Assembly: GCA_965204375.1 (NCBI GenBank)
Contig: OZ241986.1
Coordinates: 192,001-256,000 of the forward strand
Source of the DNA: Candidatus Latescibacterota bacterium
GTDB lineage: Bacteria > Latescibacterota > UBA2968
Length of the DNA: 64,000 nucleotides
Direction: 5' to 3'
Below are positions 9,921-19,744 of the stretch, in pieces (within the stretch, counting starts at the first letter, position 1; each line of letters opens with the position of its first letter). A program made the translations under genes and the position numbers. The notes beneath the pieces were generated by a model. It ran no database searches and had not been told where the DNA came from. It saw only the letters and a program-made list of their open reading frames with translations.

Positions 9921-12056
9921 ATGCAAGATAGCCAGGTTAGTCGCATTCCCAATTTTATCTGGGGCATTGCCGACGATGTGTTGCGCGATCTGTATGTGCG
10001 GGGCAAGTATCGCGATATTATTCTGCCAATGACGGTGATTCGGCGGCTGGACGCGGCTCTTGAACCGACCAAACAGACGGTTCTCGCTATGCGAGACAGG
10101 CTCGACGCTGATGGGGTTATCGAACAGGAAGCCGCGCTAAAGCAGGCTTCCGGGCACGCTTTTTACAATGCTTCGCCATTCACGTTGCGCGATCTTCGCG
10201 CCCGCGCCAGTCGGCAGCAACTTCGCGCTGATTTTGAGGCGTACCTGGATGGATTTTCGGCCAATGTGCAGGATATTTTGAAGAATTTCGAGTTTCGCAA
10301 TCAGATTCCGCGTTTGTCCGATGCCGATGCGCTCGGCGCGTTGATTGAGAAATTTCTGTCGCCAGATATCAATTTAAGTCCCTATCCGGTGGAGAACAGC
10401 GATGGTTCTGTGCGGTTTTCCGGTCTGGACAATCACGCGATGGGTACGATCTTTGAGGAATTGGTTCGGCGGTTTAATGAGGAGAATAACGAGGAGGCTG
10501 GCGAACACTGGACACCACGCGATGCGGTCAAGCTGATGGCGAATCTCATTTTTCTTCCGGTGGCTGACGAGATTGAGTCGAGTACCTATTTGCTCTACGA
10601 TGGTGCTTGCGGTACGGGTGGTATGCTGACTGTCGCAGAGGAGACGCTTCGGGAACTCGCCCAGGAGCGCGGTAAGCAGGTTTCCACGCATCTTTATGGA
10701 CAGGAGATCAATGCCGAGACCTATGCTATTTGCAAGGCGGACTTATTGCTGAAGGGCGAGGGGAGCGCGGCGGATAATATTGTCGGAGGTCCGGAGTATT
10801 CAACGCTTTCCAATGATGCTTTTCCATCCCACAGGTTTGATTTTATGCTCAGCAATCCACCCTATGGCAAGAGTTGGAAGAACGATCTGGCCCGGATGGG
10901 TGGCAAGAGCGGCTTATCTGATCCGCGATTTCTTATCGCTCATGACGGCGACGCGGAGTATTCCCTGCTCACGCGGTCCAGCGATGGGCAGATGCTGTTT
11001 CTCGCCAATCTGCTTTCCAAGATGAAGCGCGATACCAGTCTGGGCAGTCGCATTGCCGAAGTCCATAATGGGAGTTCCTTGTTCACGGGTGATGCGGGGC
11101 AGGGCGAGAGCAATATCCGCCGCTGGATTATTGAGAACGACTATCTGGAGGCGATTGTCGCGCTGCCGCTCAATATGTTCTATAACACGGGTATCGCCAC
11201 GTACATCTGGGTGCTGACCAATCGCAAGCCAGCGCATCGACGCGGCAAGGTGCAACTTATCGATGCGAGTGAGTGGTACAGTCCGTTGCGTAAGAATCTG
11301 GGGGCGAAGAACTGCGAGTTGTCCAGTGATGACATCCGCCGCATCTGCGACGCTTTTCTCGCGTTTGAGGAGACCGGGCAGTCGAAAATTTTTCCCAACA
11401 AGGCATTCGGCTACTATAAGGTGACGGTTGAACGACCGCTGAGGCTTGCTGTCAATCTGTCGCCTGAGCAACGCGCGCGATTCCGGGACGCTTGCCGCGA
11501 AGCGAAGGAAGAACCGCTCGCCGATGTGGTTGATGGGATGTTGGAGACTATCGGCAACGGTCCTCATCTTGATTTCAACTGTTTTATGGATGCGGTCGCT
11601 GCAGAGGCGTCTGAGCAGGGCGTCAAGCTGATCGCCAAGCGGAAGAAGCTGTTGCAAACGTCGCTGGCATTTCGGGATGAAGCCGCCGAACCGGTGATTA
11701 AGAGGGTTCACAAATTGGGCAATAGAGAGCCAGACCCGATTCGCGGTCTGGTAGAGGCGACTGTAAATGACCAGTGCGTTGTCGTTGAATATGAGCCAGA
11801 TAGCGAGTTGCGCGATACCGAACAGGTGCCTCTGCTTGAGGAGGGTGGTGTTGAGGGCTTTTTGAGCCGCGAGGTGCTGCCTTATGCCTCCGACGCATGG
11901 TACGTTTCGACGAGTGTCAAAATCGGCTATGAGATCAGCTTTACCCGTCATTTCTACAAGCCACAACCGATGCGGTCACGAGAAGAAATCCGCGCTGATA
12001 TCAGGGCGTTGGAGCGAGAGAGTGAAGGGGTGTTGGCGGAGATTATGGGGGAGTAG
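9921..12056 (+). CDS. hsdM: Type I R-M N6-adenine methyltransferase subunit M
   Basis: EEAGEHWTPRD, YDGACGTGGML (motif I), SNPPYG (motif IV), MFYNTGIATYIW. Confidence 0.95.
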   Translation: MQDSQVSRIPNFIWGIADDVLRDLYVRGKYRDIILPMTVIRRLDAALEPTKQTVLAMRDRLDADGVIEQEAALKQASGHAFYNASPFTLRDLRARASRQQLRADFEAYLDGFSANVQDILKNFEFRNQIPRLSDADALGALIEKFLSPDINLSPYPVENSDGSVRFSGLDNHAMGTIFEELVRRFNEENNEEAGEHWTPRDAVKLMANLIFLPVADEIESSTYLLYDGACGTGGMLTVAEETLRELAQERGKQVSTHLYGQEINAETYAICKADLLLKGEGSAADNIVGGPEYSTLSNDAFPSHRFDFMLSNPPYGKSWKNDLARMGGKSGLSDPRFLIAHDGDAEYSLLTRSSDGQMLFLANLLSKMKRDTSLGSRIAEVHNGSSLFTGDAGQGESNIRRWIIENDYLEAIVALPLNMFYNTGIATYIWVLTNRKPAHRRGKVQLIDASEWYSPLRKNLGAKNCELSSDDIRRICDAFLAFEETGQSKIFPNKAFGYYKVTVERPLRLAVNLSPEQRARFRDACREAKEEPLADVVDGMLETIGNGPHLDFNCFMDAVAAEASEQGVKLIAKRKKLLQTSLAFRDEAAEPVIKRVHKLGNREPDPIRGLVEATVNDQCVVVEYEPDSELRDTEQVPLLEEGGVEGFLSREVLPYASDAWYVSTSVKIGYEISFTRHFYKPQPMRSREEIRADIRALERESEGVLAEIMGE

Positions 12057-12102
12057 CCTTTATCCCAGTGTGCCCCAGTGCTTAAAAAATGCAGGGGCAG
12101 GC

Positions 12103-12131
12103 TTGAATGTGCGGATAAAGTTGGCTATACT
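12103..12131 (+). promoter_or_regulatory. sigma70 promoter (homologue of 28238-28266)
   Basis: TTGAAT-17 bp-TATACT. Confidence 0.7.
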
Positions 12132-12149
12132 AAATGCAGGTGTGTAAAT

Positions 12150-12188
12150 TCCCACTTCTCACTTCCCACTTCCCACTTCTCACTTCTC
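12150..12188 (+). repeat. Heptamer tandem repeat (YCACTTC)n
   Basis: ccacttc tcacttc ccacttc ccacttc tcacttc directly before the start codon. Confidence 0.85.
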
Positions 12189-14090
12189 ATGTCAGACCTA
12201 CGATTTGACATCACGCCCTTTCTGGATCAAGACGAAGGCCAGCACTTTGATCGCAAGTCGTTGTACGAAGGCGAAGAGGGTGCCAAACGGCCACGGAGTC
12301 GCCGCGCTGTGCGGGATCAGGTTGCGGAATACATCGCTGCTTTCGCCAATGCCGAAGGTGGCGTGCTTATCCTGGGTATAGAGGATGACCGCACCATTAC
12401 GGGCTACCAGCTTCCGCAGGATGCTTTGAACAATATTCTGAAGACCCCGATCACGCGGTTGCAGCCCGCACAGCCCAATGGCTTTATTATGTATGTTGAA
12501 GGGCGCAAAGTGATTGTTTTTGATGTGCCGGCTTCAGATGTTCCCGTTCAAGTAATCGGGGATGGCTTTCCGCTGCGAATGGGTGATCAGACCGTGCAAT
12601 CCAGCGAGAGCCAAATCAATACGCTTAAGTTTGAAGGTATGGCGGAGAGTTGGGAGAGCCGACGGTCGTTGATGACTTTGGCTGATTTGGATGCGCGATT
12701 GTTAGAACGCGCACGACAGGGGGCGGGTTTATCCGCTTTGAGTGATGAAGAGTACTTACTCAAGCGCAAATTGGCTGACCGCCGGGGGCGAGGAATCGTG
12801 CTTAGAAATGCCGCGGCGTTGCTTTTTGCCCGTTACGGGCCGGACCATCCCAATGCCGGTGTCCGTCTGTTTCGCGTCATTGGCACTGAGCGCTATACCG
12901 GTATCGAGCACAATGTTGAAGAACGCCCGCGTTGCGAAGGTAACTTGCCTGCGGTTATATCGGAAATTCGCACGGTTATCAGCGGTCTGCTGCGGCGCCC
13001 GATGCGGCTCGTGGGGAGTCGCTTTCAGGAATCTGCCGAATATCCGGATTTCGCATGGCTGGAGGCGTTGCTCAATGCCATCGCGCACCGCGATTACAGG
13101 ATTGAAGGCACCTGCATAGAGGTCTGGCTATTTGATGACCGCATGGAAGTTGTCAGTCCCGGCGGTCTGGTCGGCAATTTGACCACAGAAGCGTTGCTCA
13201 CGCTCAAGCGCGTTCATCACAGCCGCAATCCTCGGATTATTCGGGTGCTTGTAGATCTCGGTCTCGCACGCGATCAGGGCGAGGGTATTCCGCGTATGTT
13301 CGCAGAAATGGAAGACGCTTTTTTGCCGAGGCCAGACATAGATGCGACCAGCCGCAATGTCATGGTCACGCTTCGAAATACGCTTACCTTAAATGCGATG
13401 GATCGAGAATTTATCTCGGCTCTCGGCGATCTTGAGCTTTCCCGCAATGAGTTTCGGACCTTGCTTTATACGTATCGCCACGGTCAGATAGACAATGCCA
13501 GGCTACGTGCTTTATCCGGTCTGGATACCTTAAATGCCAGTTATCTTTTGCGCGGCCTCCGCGACCGAGATTTGTTGATGCTTCATTCTCATGGCCCCAA
13601 CAGCTACTACACGCTGACTTCTGTTTTGACATCGCAAGTTGGGGTATATAGAGCAAAAGGTGAAAAACTCAGTGCGGATGGGGGGGATATCCGCGAAGGA
13701 CACGAAGGGACACGAAGAAGGGGTAAGCTCGATGCGGATGAGGGGGAGTTCAGCGCGGATGGGAGGGAGCTTGGCACGGATGTAGAGAAGTTTAGCACGG
13801 ATGGGGGGGAGTTCGACGCCGATGGGGGGGAGCTTCCCGATTATATCAGAGTGCGTATTGCAAAACTTGGAAAGCGGCCGCGTCGTGTGCGTGTGCGCCC
13901 CATCATCCATTTAATATGCGATCAAGGGAAATGGGTAACTTCTGCGGAACTTGCCCGGTTTCTCAATATAGGTCAAAGCAAACTAACGGCGGGTTATATT
14001 ACTCCGATGGTGCATAGCGGAGAACTTGAACCGCGCTTTCCAGGCAAGCCCAATCATCCTCACCAGGCTTACCGCGCCAGAGTGCCCTAA
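12189..14090 (+). CDS. Schlafen/AlbA_2 + HATPase_c_4 (RecG-C-like) + wHTH protein, paralogue 1
   Basis: EGQHFDRKS, IAAFANAEGGVLILGIED, EALLNAIAHRDY, SRNPRI, GEGIPRM; 7-aa repeats (xxADGGE) near C-terminus; PNHPHQAY end. Confidence 0.85.
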   Translation: MSDLRFDITPFLDQDEGQHFDRKSLYEGEEGAKRPRSRRAVRDQVAEYIAAFANAEGGVLILGIEDDRTITGYQLPQDALNNILKTPITRLQPAQPNGFIMYVEGRKVIVFDVPASDVPVQVIGDGFPLRMGDQTVQSSESQINTLKFEGMAESWESRRSLMTLADLDARLLERARQGAGLSALSDEEYLLKRKLADRRGRGIVLRNAAALLFARYGPDHPNAGVRLFRVIGTERYTGIEHNVEERPRCEGNLPAVISEIRTVISGLLRRPMRLVGSRFQESAEYPDFAWLEALLNAIAHRDYRIEGTCIEVWLFDDRMEVVSPGGLVGNLTTEALLTLKRVHHSRNPRIIRVLVDLGLARDQGEGIPRMFAEMEDAFLPRPDIDATSRNVMVTLRNTLTLNAMDREFISALGDLELSRNEFRTLLYTYRHGQIDNARLRALSGLDTLNASYLLRGLRDRDLLMLHSHGPNSYYTLTSVLTSQVGVYRAKGEKLSADGGDIREGHEGTRRRGKLDADEGEFSADGRELGTDVEKFSTDGGEFDADGGELPDYIRVRIAKLGKRPRRVRVRPIIHLICDQGKWVTSAELARFLNIGQSKLTAGYITPMVHSGELEPRFPGKPNHPHQAYRARVP

Positions 14091-14134
14091 CGCCTGCATA
14101 TTTGACGTCAGATGACTGATAGGGGAGAACAGCA

Positions 14135-14488
14135 ATGGCAATGAAATCTTTAGATGACCATATTGCGATTACCCCCGGTATATGCAGCGGAAAGCCGCGT
14201 ATTGCTGGCCGTCGCATTACCGTGGCGCATATTGCCATCTGGCATGAACGAATGGGCAAATGTGCAGATGAAATCGCCACGGAATACGATTTGACCTTGG
14301 CCGATGTGTATGCGGCATTGGCCTACTATTTCGATCACCGCGAAGAAATTGACCAATCGATTCAAGAGGGTGAAGAATTTGTGAAGGCTTTACGCCAGAA
14401 GACACCGTCTCGCCTGGGTTTTATGGCAGGGCAGATTGAAGTTCCCGACGACTTCGATAGCATGGGCGACTCTGAGGAAGATAACTAA
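14135..14488 (+). CDS. DUF433 antitoxin-like protein with foreign C-terminal tail
   Basis: ITPGICSGKPRIAGRRITV, LTLADVYAALAYY; near-identical to 28341-28649 for ~88 codons. Confidence 0.88.
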   Translation: MAMKSLDDHIAITPGICSGKPRIAGRRITVAHIAIWHERMGKCADEIATEYDLTLADVYAALAYYFDHREEIDQSIQEGEEFVKALRQKTPSRLGFMAGQIEVPDDFDSMGDSEEDN

Positions 14489-14491
14489 GAC

Positions 14492-17400
14492 ATGGCTGAT
14501 AATGACAAAACTGTTCTCGATGGATGGAAGAAAACACGATCTGGAGCACGGGCTGGTCGGGGTTTTGATTATCAACATCGATTTTCAACTCTTATCCTTG
14601 TTCAGCAATGGGCCGGACTGTTACCTACAGGCAATCTTGTCCCAGAGGGGCTTGAAGATTGTGTTGTAGAGTTGGCGGATCGTGACATTTGGATCCAAAT
14701 CAAATCGAGAGAGCAGGGCACATTCAGCAAAGGCGAAGTGAAAACAATTTTTGAGCAAGCCCGACGGAAAGCCAGCCTTGTCAACAATCAAAAGCCTACA
14801 CAATTGGTTGCTGGTCTTGAGCAACCTTGTCCCGCTGTTACCGGGTACGAGATGGATGGTCTCTTTGATGGCAGAGCCGAGAAGGTTGTTGTTTGCACTG
14901 CACCGGAAGAGGAAATAGTTAATTTATTGTCTCAAAATCTAAATATAGCGGAGATTATCGCCGAAGGACTGATGAGCGACCTGTATAAACTCGTTGCTGA
15001 GAGTTCGGCGGCCAATGCCTCGCTTCCCTTTGAGAGAAGGCGGCGTATATCTACGACAGAGGTTGAATGCCGCATCCTTGAACGTCTTGAGGCTGAAGAT
15101 CCTTCCGCAATCAATCGTGCTTTCGATATAAGAGCTCTGGAGCCTGTTGACTTCGTTACTCCTGTCTCTGAGCCTGGTTTCTATCAGGGCGTTAAAGTTA
15201 AACCTGGACACATTGCCTCCGGGTTAGTTATAGAGCGTCCAGGAGAAACACAAGACGTTGTCCAGGCATTTAAGAAACGTCGGCATCTTCTTGTCACCGG
15301 TCCTTCAGGGGCAGGAAAATCTGCTCTCATTTGGCTGGTCGCACATTCGTTGACTGCTGAGTTCCGCTGGTATCAGATTTCTGCCCAAGCGAACGCGCAA
15401 GATGCTGACGCAATTATTCGTTTCGTGAAGTCACGCCGTCCCAAGAAAGTTTCTCCGATAGGATTGATATTTGACGATGTTGGAGAGTCCAGCAGCAATC
15501 TGTGGGATATTCTTACGAACCAACTCAGAAGTCTGCCAGATGTTTATATATTGGGATCAGTGCGTAATGAGGATATAGCTCTGATTACTAATCAATCTGA
15601 TACCGAATTTTTTGAGATCAGACTTGATAGTGAACTTGCACAGAGTATGTGGGAAGAACTGACCAACGAAGGCCAGACGAAATGGGCTTACTGGCGTGAA
15701 CCTTTCGAACAATCCGATGGACTGATGCTTGAATACGTTCACCTCTTGACGCAGGGCAAGCGGCTTGCCGCCGTGATCGATGAACAGATTCGTCAACGGG
15801 AAAGAGAAAGACGACACGCCGAACTCGCCATAATCAGAGGCACGGCTGTTCTATGTGCTTTCGGTGGCGAAGTTGAGGCTAAAAGGCTCTTCGAATTACT
15901 ACAATTGCCACCAGACCGCGCAGCACAGGCATTAAAGAGATTAATAGACGAACATCTTGTACGCGAAAGCCGTCCGGGTGTGCTCGGAGGCCTTCATGCT
16001 CTGCGATCGAAGGCACTTTGTGACGCTTCCCATGATGATGTCTCTTATCTACGCAGCGACTCGTTATGGCAGTCACTGACGGCTGCAACGAATGAGACAT
16101 TGCCAAGAATTATTCAGTCAGTTCTTAATGAGACACAGAATGAGGCCGAAGCTATGACGCTTCAGAATCTGGCGAAGGCACTTGCAGCAAGCGATGATAT
16201 TGAGGTATGGGCAGCTATTCTTACTGGATTGGGTATAGGTACAATGGAAAAATCTGTCGCTTCATTCATGGCAATGCTTGAAAAGCATGGAGTCCAACGT
16301 ACCCATTGGTTTTTGGCCTCAATGTTTTCGGATGCCGGCATCGATGTCCCTGAATTGTCAGGATTTGAAAACTTAAAGCCCATGCAAAACGCCGTAATAG
16401 CCTTCCGCGCGTTACCGAAACGCGATTTTCGAGCCGACTGTTTACGGATGTTGCCCCAAGGAACGCAAGTTCCGGTATGTACAGATATTCGGCAGCTTAA
16501 CCTATTGCTCTCCTCTCTGGTACCGATACCAGGAGGAGATTCCAGCCGGATTCCGTTCAAGACGGATTTCTCTGGTTATGGTGAGCAGGATATTCATGAT
16601 GTAGCCGCTCTCTTATCGACTGCCTACTTGATCGGGCCCGACGTGGCTAAAGATCTCGTGGCCGCCTTTGGCGGCGAGCAGACCTTGTTTAACTGGTTCA
16701 GTTCCCAGATTCCTTGGGTAACTGTACCTATAATCGAACCACAGGGAACTCATGGACGCACCGTCCGTGCTAACAGGTTTTTTGTAGCCGAGTCACATCA
16801 GACTGATGCTCATAAAACCCTCTGTGATATTTGTGAGACATTGATTGCCATATCGCCAATGTCGGATGCAGCTGCATCCGATGCCATAGGTCTGTCAGGG
16901 CAGCCTATAGAAATAAATGGACTTAGCGATTGGTCAAAAAATATATCCAGAGAGAACCTTCCTTCAAAGGCTCGGGTGGCCTGGAATGTTGCCTTTCGCC
17001 AAATCCTGCTCGCACGAGCAGCGGAGCACAGCCTAACGGATTACACACACGAGATGGCTGATCATGTGAGACACACAGAAAAAATTTTTCGTTTGTTTTC
17101 GGAGCAATGGATTAAAGGACGGAGAATATCGAATAAGGACAGGCTGGCTGCGGAGATCAATGAGATTGTGAATCATGTCGATGACTTGATCTATGCTAAG
17201 CCCAAAACATTAGCGGCCTCAATGACAAGTACCACTGGTGATACAGAAGAGGATGATAAGCTCGGTGCATTATTGACTAGCGTACTTTATAATCTTGTTC
17301 CACGAATGTGTAAAATACCACCTGAGCCCGACGCGAAAGCGGCCGCGGCATTCACCAGCGGCCTCGCTGCACAGGCACGAGAGCATGGAATATCCGAAAT

Positions 17401-18334
17401 CTGGCGTACAACGCCATCACCGCCGTTAGATGAATTAGCCGTACTCGCAGAGCGTCTTGATGGTGTTGCTTGCATCTTGCACGAAATAGCACACGACGAT
17501 ACAGCCAGAGCAATAAAAAAGCTCTGTCAGATAGCCAGAAAGGGGAGGGCGGGAAAAGCTATTCAGGCCGTGGCTGGTCGTTGTCGCTTGCTGGCTAAAC
17601 AACGCTTCCATCGGAGGTTGCGGGCTTTAGAAAACGCGCTTAAAGCACAGGGTTTGACTGCCAGATGCAGGACTCGTCCTGTCAATGACGCCGATAGTAT
17701 TGATTGGCCTGCCGTAGAAGTTGCTATTCTTATCAAGATCACAGATTCTGAAACTGATTGGAATTATCTCGAAGACAGCCTTTCAATTGGAGAAAAGCAA
17801 CTTGCACAAGATTGGCAATTCTGCGTTGTGCCTGTCATAAATAATCAAGTCATTGCAGACTTAGCATTCATTTCTTCATCGCAGGGGCCATTACTTGACG
17901 TGGAATTTGCTCACAAATGGAAAGCTCATATTAACTTGCCATTTCTCTCCTCTGAAGTTTCAAACGCGTTTGATATAGCTGTATCAGCCTGTACGCAGGT
18001 CTCAGCCATCATTAGCTATCGTGATCTGGAAAAACTCCATCCTACGGAAGAAGAAGCTCTCTTGAAGGCCATAGACGACTTCGAGTGCAATCGGAAAACT
18101 GTTGATGCTTTTCAACAAAAGACGGGACAGGAGCTATTTGATGAAGCACTGGTTTATCTCGACGAAATATGGAATCAGATTGTTAGTGAAATTGAGTCCA
18201 TGAAAACAGGTCAGATGGTTGATAACCCATTGTGCCACATCATGGCGGATATGGAAAACGAAAAGGTTATTGAACTGGGTGTTGCAAGGATGCTATTGCG
18301 ACAAGCTGAATGCTACACTGTCGCCGCAGAGTGA
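14492..18334 (+). CDS. Large PD-(D/E)xK-type nuclease (Cap4/DUF4297-like) fused to P-loop NTPase; candidate anti-phage protein
   Basis: GARAGRGFDYQ...EGLEDCVV...WIQIKSR; Walker A GPSGAGKS; Walker B LIFDD; long helical C-terminus. Confidence 0.7.
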   Translation: MADNDKTVLDGWKKTRSGARAGRGFDYQHRFSTLILVQQWAGLLPTGNLVPEGLEDCVVELADRDIWIQIKSREQGTFSKGEVKTIFEQARRKASLVNNQKPTQLVAGLEQPCPAVTGYEMDGLFDGRAEKVVVCTAPEEEIVNLLSQNLNIAEIIAEGLMSDLYKLVAESSAANASLPFERRRRISTTEVECRILERLEAEDPSAINRAFDIRALEPVDFVTPVSEPGFYQGVKVKPGHIASGLVIERPGETQDVVQAFKKRRHLLVTGPSGAGKSALIWLVAHSLTAEFRWYQISAQANAQDADAIIRFVKSRRPKKVSPIGLIFDDVGESSSNLWDILTNQLRSLPDVYILGSVRNEDIALITNQSDTEFFEIRLDSELAQSMWEELTNEGQTKWAYWREPFEQSDGLMLEYVHLLTQGKRLAAVIDEQIRQRERERRHAELAIIRGTAVLCAFGGEVEAKRLFELLQLPPDRAAQALKRLIDEHLVRESRPGVLGGLHALRSKALCDASHDDVSYLRSDSLWQSLTAATNETLPRIIQSVLNETQNEAEAMTLQNLAKALAASDDIEVWAAILTGLGIGTMEKSVASFMAMLEKHGVQRTHWFLASMFSDAGIDVPELSGFENLKPMQNAVIAFRALPKRDFRADCLRMLPQGTQVPVCTDIRQLNLLLSSLVPIPGGDSSRIPFKTDFSGYGEQDIHDVAALLSTAYLIGPDVAKDLVAAFGGEQTLFNWFSSQIPWVTVPIIEPQGTHGRTVRANRFFVAESHQTDAHKTLCDICETLIAISPMSDAAASDAIGLSGQPIEINGLSDWSKNISRENLPSKARVAWNVAFRQILLARAAEHSLTDYTHEMADHVRHTEKIFRLFSEQWIKGRRISNKDRLAAEINEIVNHVDDLIYAKPKTLAASMTSTTGDTEEDDKLGALLTSVLYNLVPRMCKIPPEPDAKAAAAFTSGLAAQAREHGISEIWRTTPSPPLDELAVLAERLDGVACILHEIAHDDTARAIKKLCQIARKGRAGKAIQAVAGRCRLLAKQRFHRRLRALENALKAQGLTARCRTRPVNDADSIDWPAVEVAILIKITDSETDWNYLEDSLSIGEKQLAQDWQFCVVPVINNQVIADLAFISSSQGPLLDVEFAHKWKAHINLPFLSSEVSNAFDIAVSACTQVSAIISYRDLEKLHPTEEEALLKAIDDFECNRKTVDAFQQKTGQELFDEALVYLDEIWNQIVSEIESMKTGQMVDNPLCHIMADMENEKVIELGVARMLLRQAECYTVAAE

Positions 18335-18418
18335 ATCTTATGAGAAATAGTTCTTGTTCATGTAGACCTGTAAAGCAAGATAGGATGGTTGTGTATTGAC
18401 TTGGCTGGGAGAATCATC

Positions 18419-19744
18419 ATGATCAATGAACTCCAACCCTACCTCTCCTACAAATCTTCCGAAGTCGAGTGGATTGGTGATGTACCGGCACATTGGGATG
18501 TGCAACGGCTTAAGTATCTATTGCGGGAGAGAGATATTCGATCTGCCGACGGGAGCGAGGAGTTGCTTAGCGTGTCACAATACACCGGTGTCACGCAGCG
18601 TAAGCGAGTAGATAGTGGAGATGCCCCTGACACGCGAGCAGAATCATTGATCGGTTATAAGTGTGTCGAACTCCAAGATCTTGTAGTGAATATCATGCTC
18701 GCTTGGAATGGTAGCATGGGCGTTTCACAATTCCATGGTATTGCGAGTCCTGCTTACTGTGTCTATCGATTTTTGGCTGGTGTAAATCCATGGTTCTATC
18801 ACTATCTACTTCGTTCTCCGATTTACAAGGCATATATCAAATCGGCATCCACCGGTGTAGTGGAGAGTAGGCTTCGTTTGTACACTGATGATCTCTATCG
18901 ACTTTATGCTATTGTTCCACCCCTCTCCGAACAAATCGCCATCGTCCGCTATCTCAATCAGGCTGACGAGCGCATCCGCCGCTACATCAGCAGCAGGGAG
19001 CGGCTCATTGAACTGTTGGAGGAATATCGGCAGGCGGTCATCCACCACGCAGTCACGCGCGGCCTTGATCCCGATGTGCGTCTCAAGCCCTCTGGCGTCG
19101 AGCAGCTGGGCGATATACCAGCGCATTGGGAGATAAGGCGGCTTAAGACACTTTGCAGCATGAAAAGTGGAGATGGCATTACTGCAATGTCGATTGAGCC
19201 TACGGGTGAATACCCCGTCTATGGCGGCAACGGGCTGAGAGGCTACACATCGAATTACACTCACGATGGCAATTATGTGTTGATTGGCAGACAAGGTGCG
19301 CTATGTGGGAATGTTCATATCGCTCGTGGTCAATTCTGGGCTTCGGAACACGCTGTAGTTGCTTCCCTATCGGCTGGTTATGTTCTTGAATGGTTTGCAG
19401 CTATCCTGAATGTGATGGATCTGAATCAATATTCACTTGCCGCTGCCCAACCTGGACTGGCCGTTGAACGAGTGCTGAATCTAAGTTTACCTGTGCCACC
19501 ACCACAAGAGCAAGCACACATCGCACGCTATATAGAACGTGAAACCGCTGACATTGACGTCGCTATTGACCGTGCTCGGCGAGAAATTGAGTTGCTGGGT
19601 GAATACCGCACGCGGTTGATTGCTGATGTGGTTACGGGCAAAGTAGATGTGCGGGATGCGGCTACGAGGTTGCCCGGTGAGGCGGAGACGCTAATTGACG
19701 CTGAACAGGAAAATCGAGAAAGTACCAGATATGTCATTGACTAA
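18419..19744 (+). CDS. hsdS: Type I R-M specificity subunit S
   Basis: Two conserved repeats YKSSEVEWIGDVPAHW / LKPSGVEQLGDIPAHW; PPLSEQ, PPPQEQ, LIADVVTGKVDV. Confidence 0.93.
   Translation: MINELQPYLSYKSSEVEWIGDVPAHWDVQRLKYLLRERDIRSADGSEELLSVSQYTGVTQRKRVDSGDAPDTRAESLIGYKCVELQDLVVNIMLAWNGSMGVSQFHGIASPAYCVYRFLAGVNPWFYHYLLRSPIYKAYIKSASTGVVESRLRLYTDDLYRLYAIVPPLSEQIAIVRYLNQADERIRRYISSRERLIELLEEYRQAVIHHAVTRGLDPDVRLKPSGVEQLGDIPAHWEIRRLKTLCSMKSGDGITAMSIEPTGEYPVYGGNGLRGYTSNYTHDGNYVLIGRQGALCGNVHIARGQFWASEHAVVASLSAGYVLEWFAAILNVMDLNQYSLAAAQPGLAVERVLNLSLPVPPPQEQAHIARYIERETADIDVAIDRARREIELLGEYRTRLIADVVTGKVDVRDAATRLPGEAETLIDAEQENRESTRYVID

Noticed and set aside
14492-18334. CBASS or Lamassu system
   Set aside because: The nuclease resembles Cap4/LmuA-type domains, but no CD-NTase, SAVED domain or SMC-like LmuB is evident nearby.
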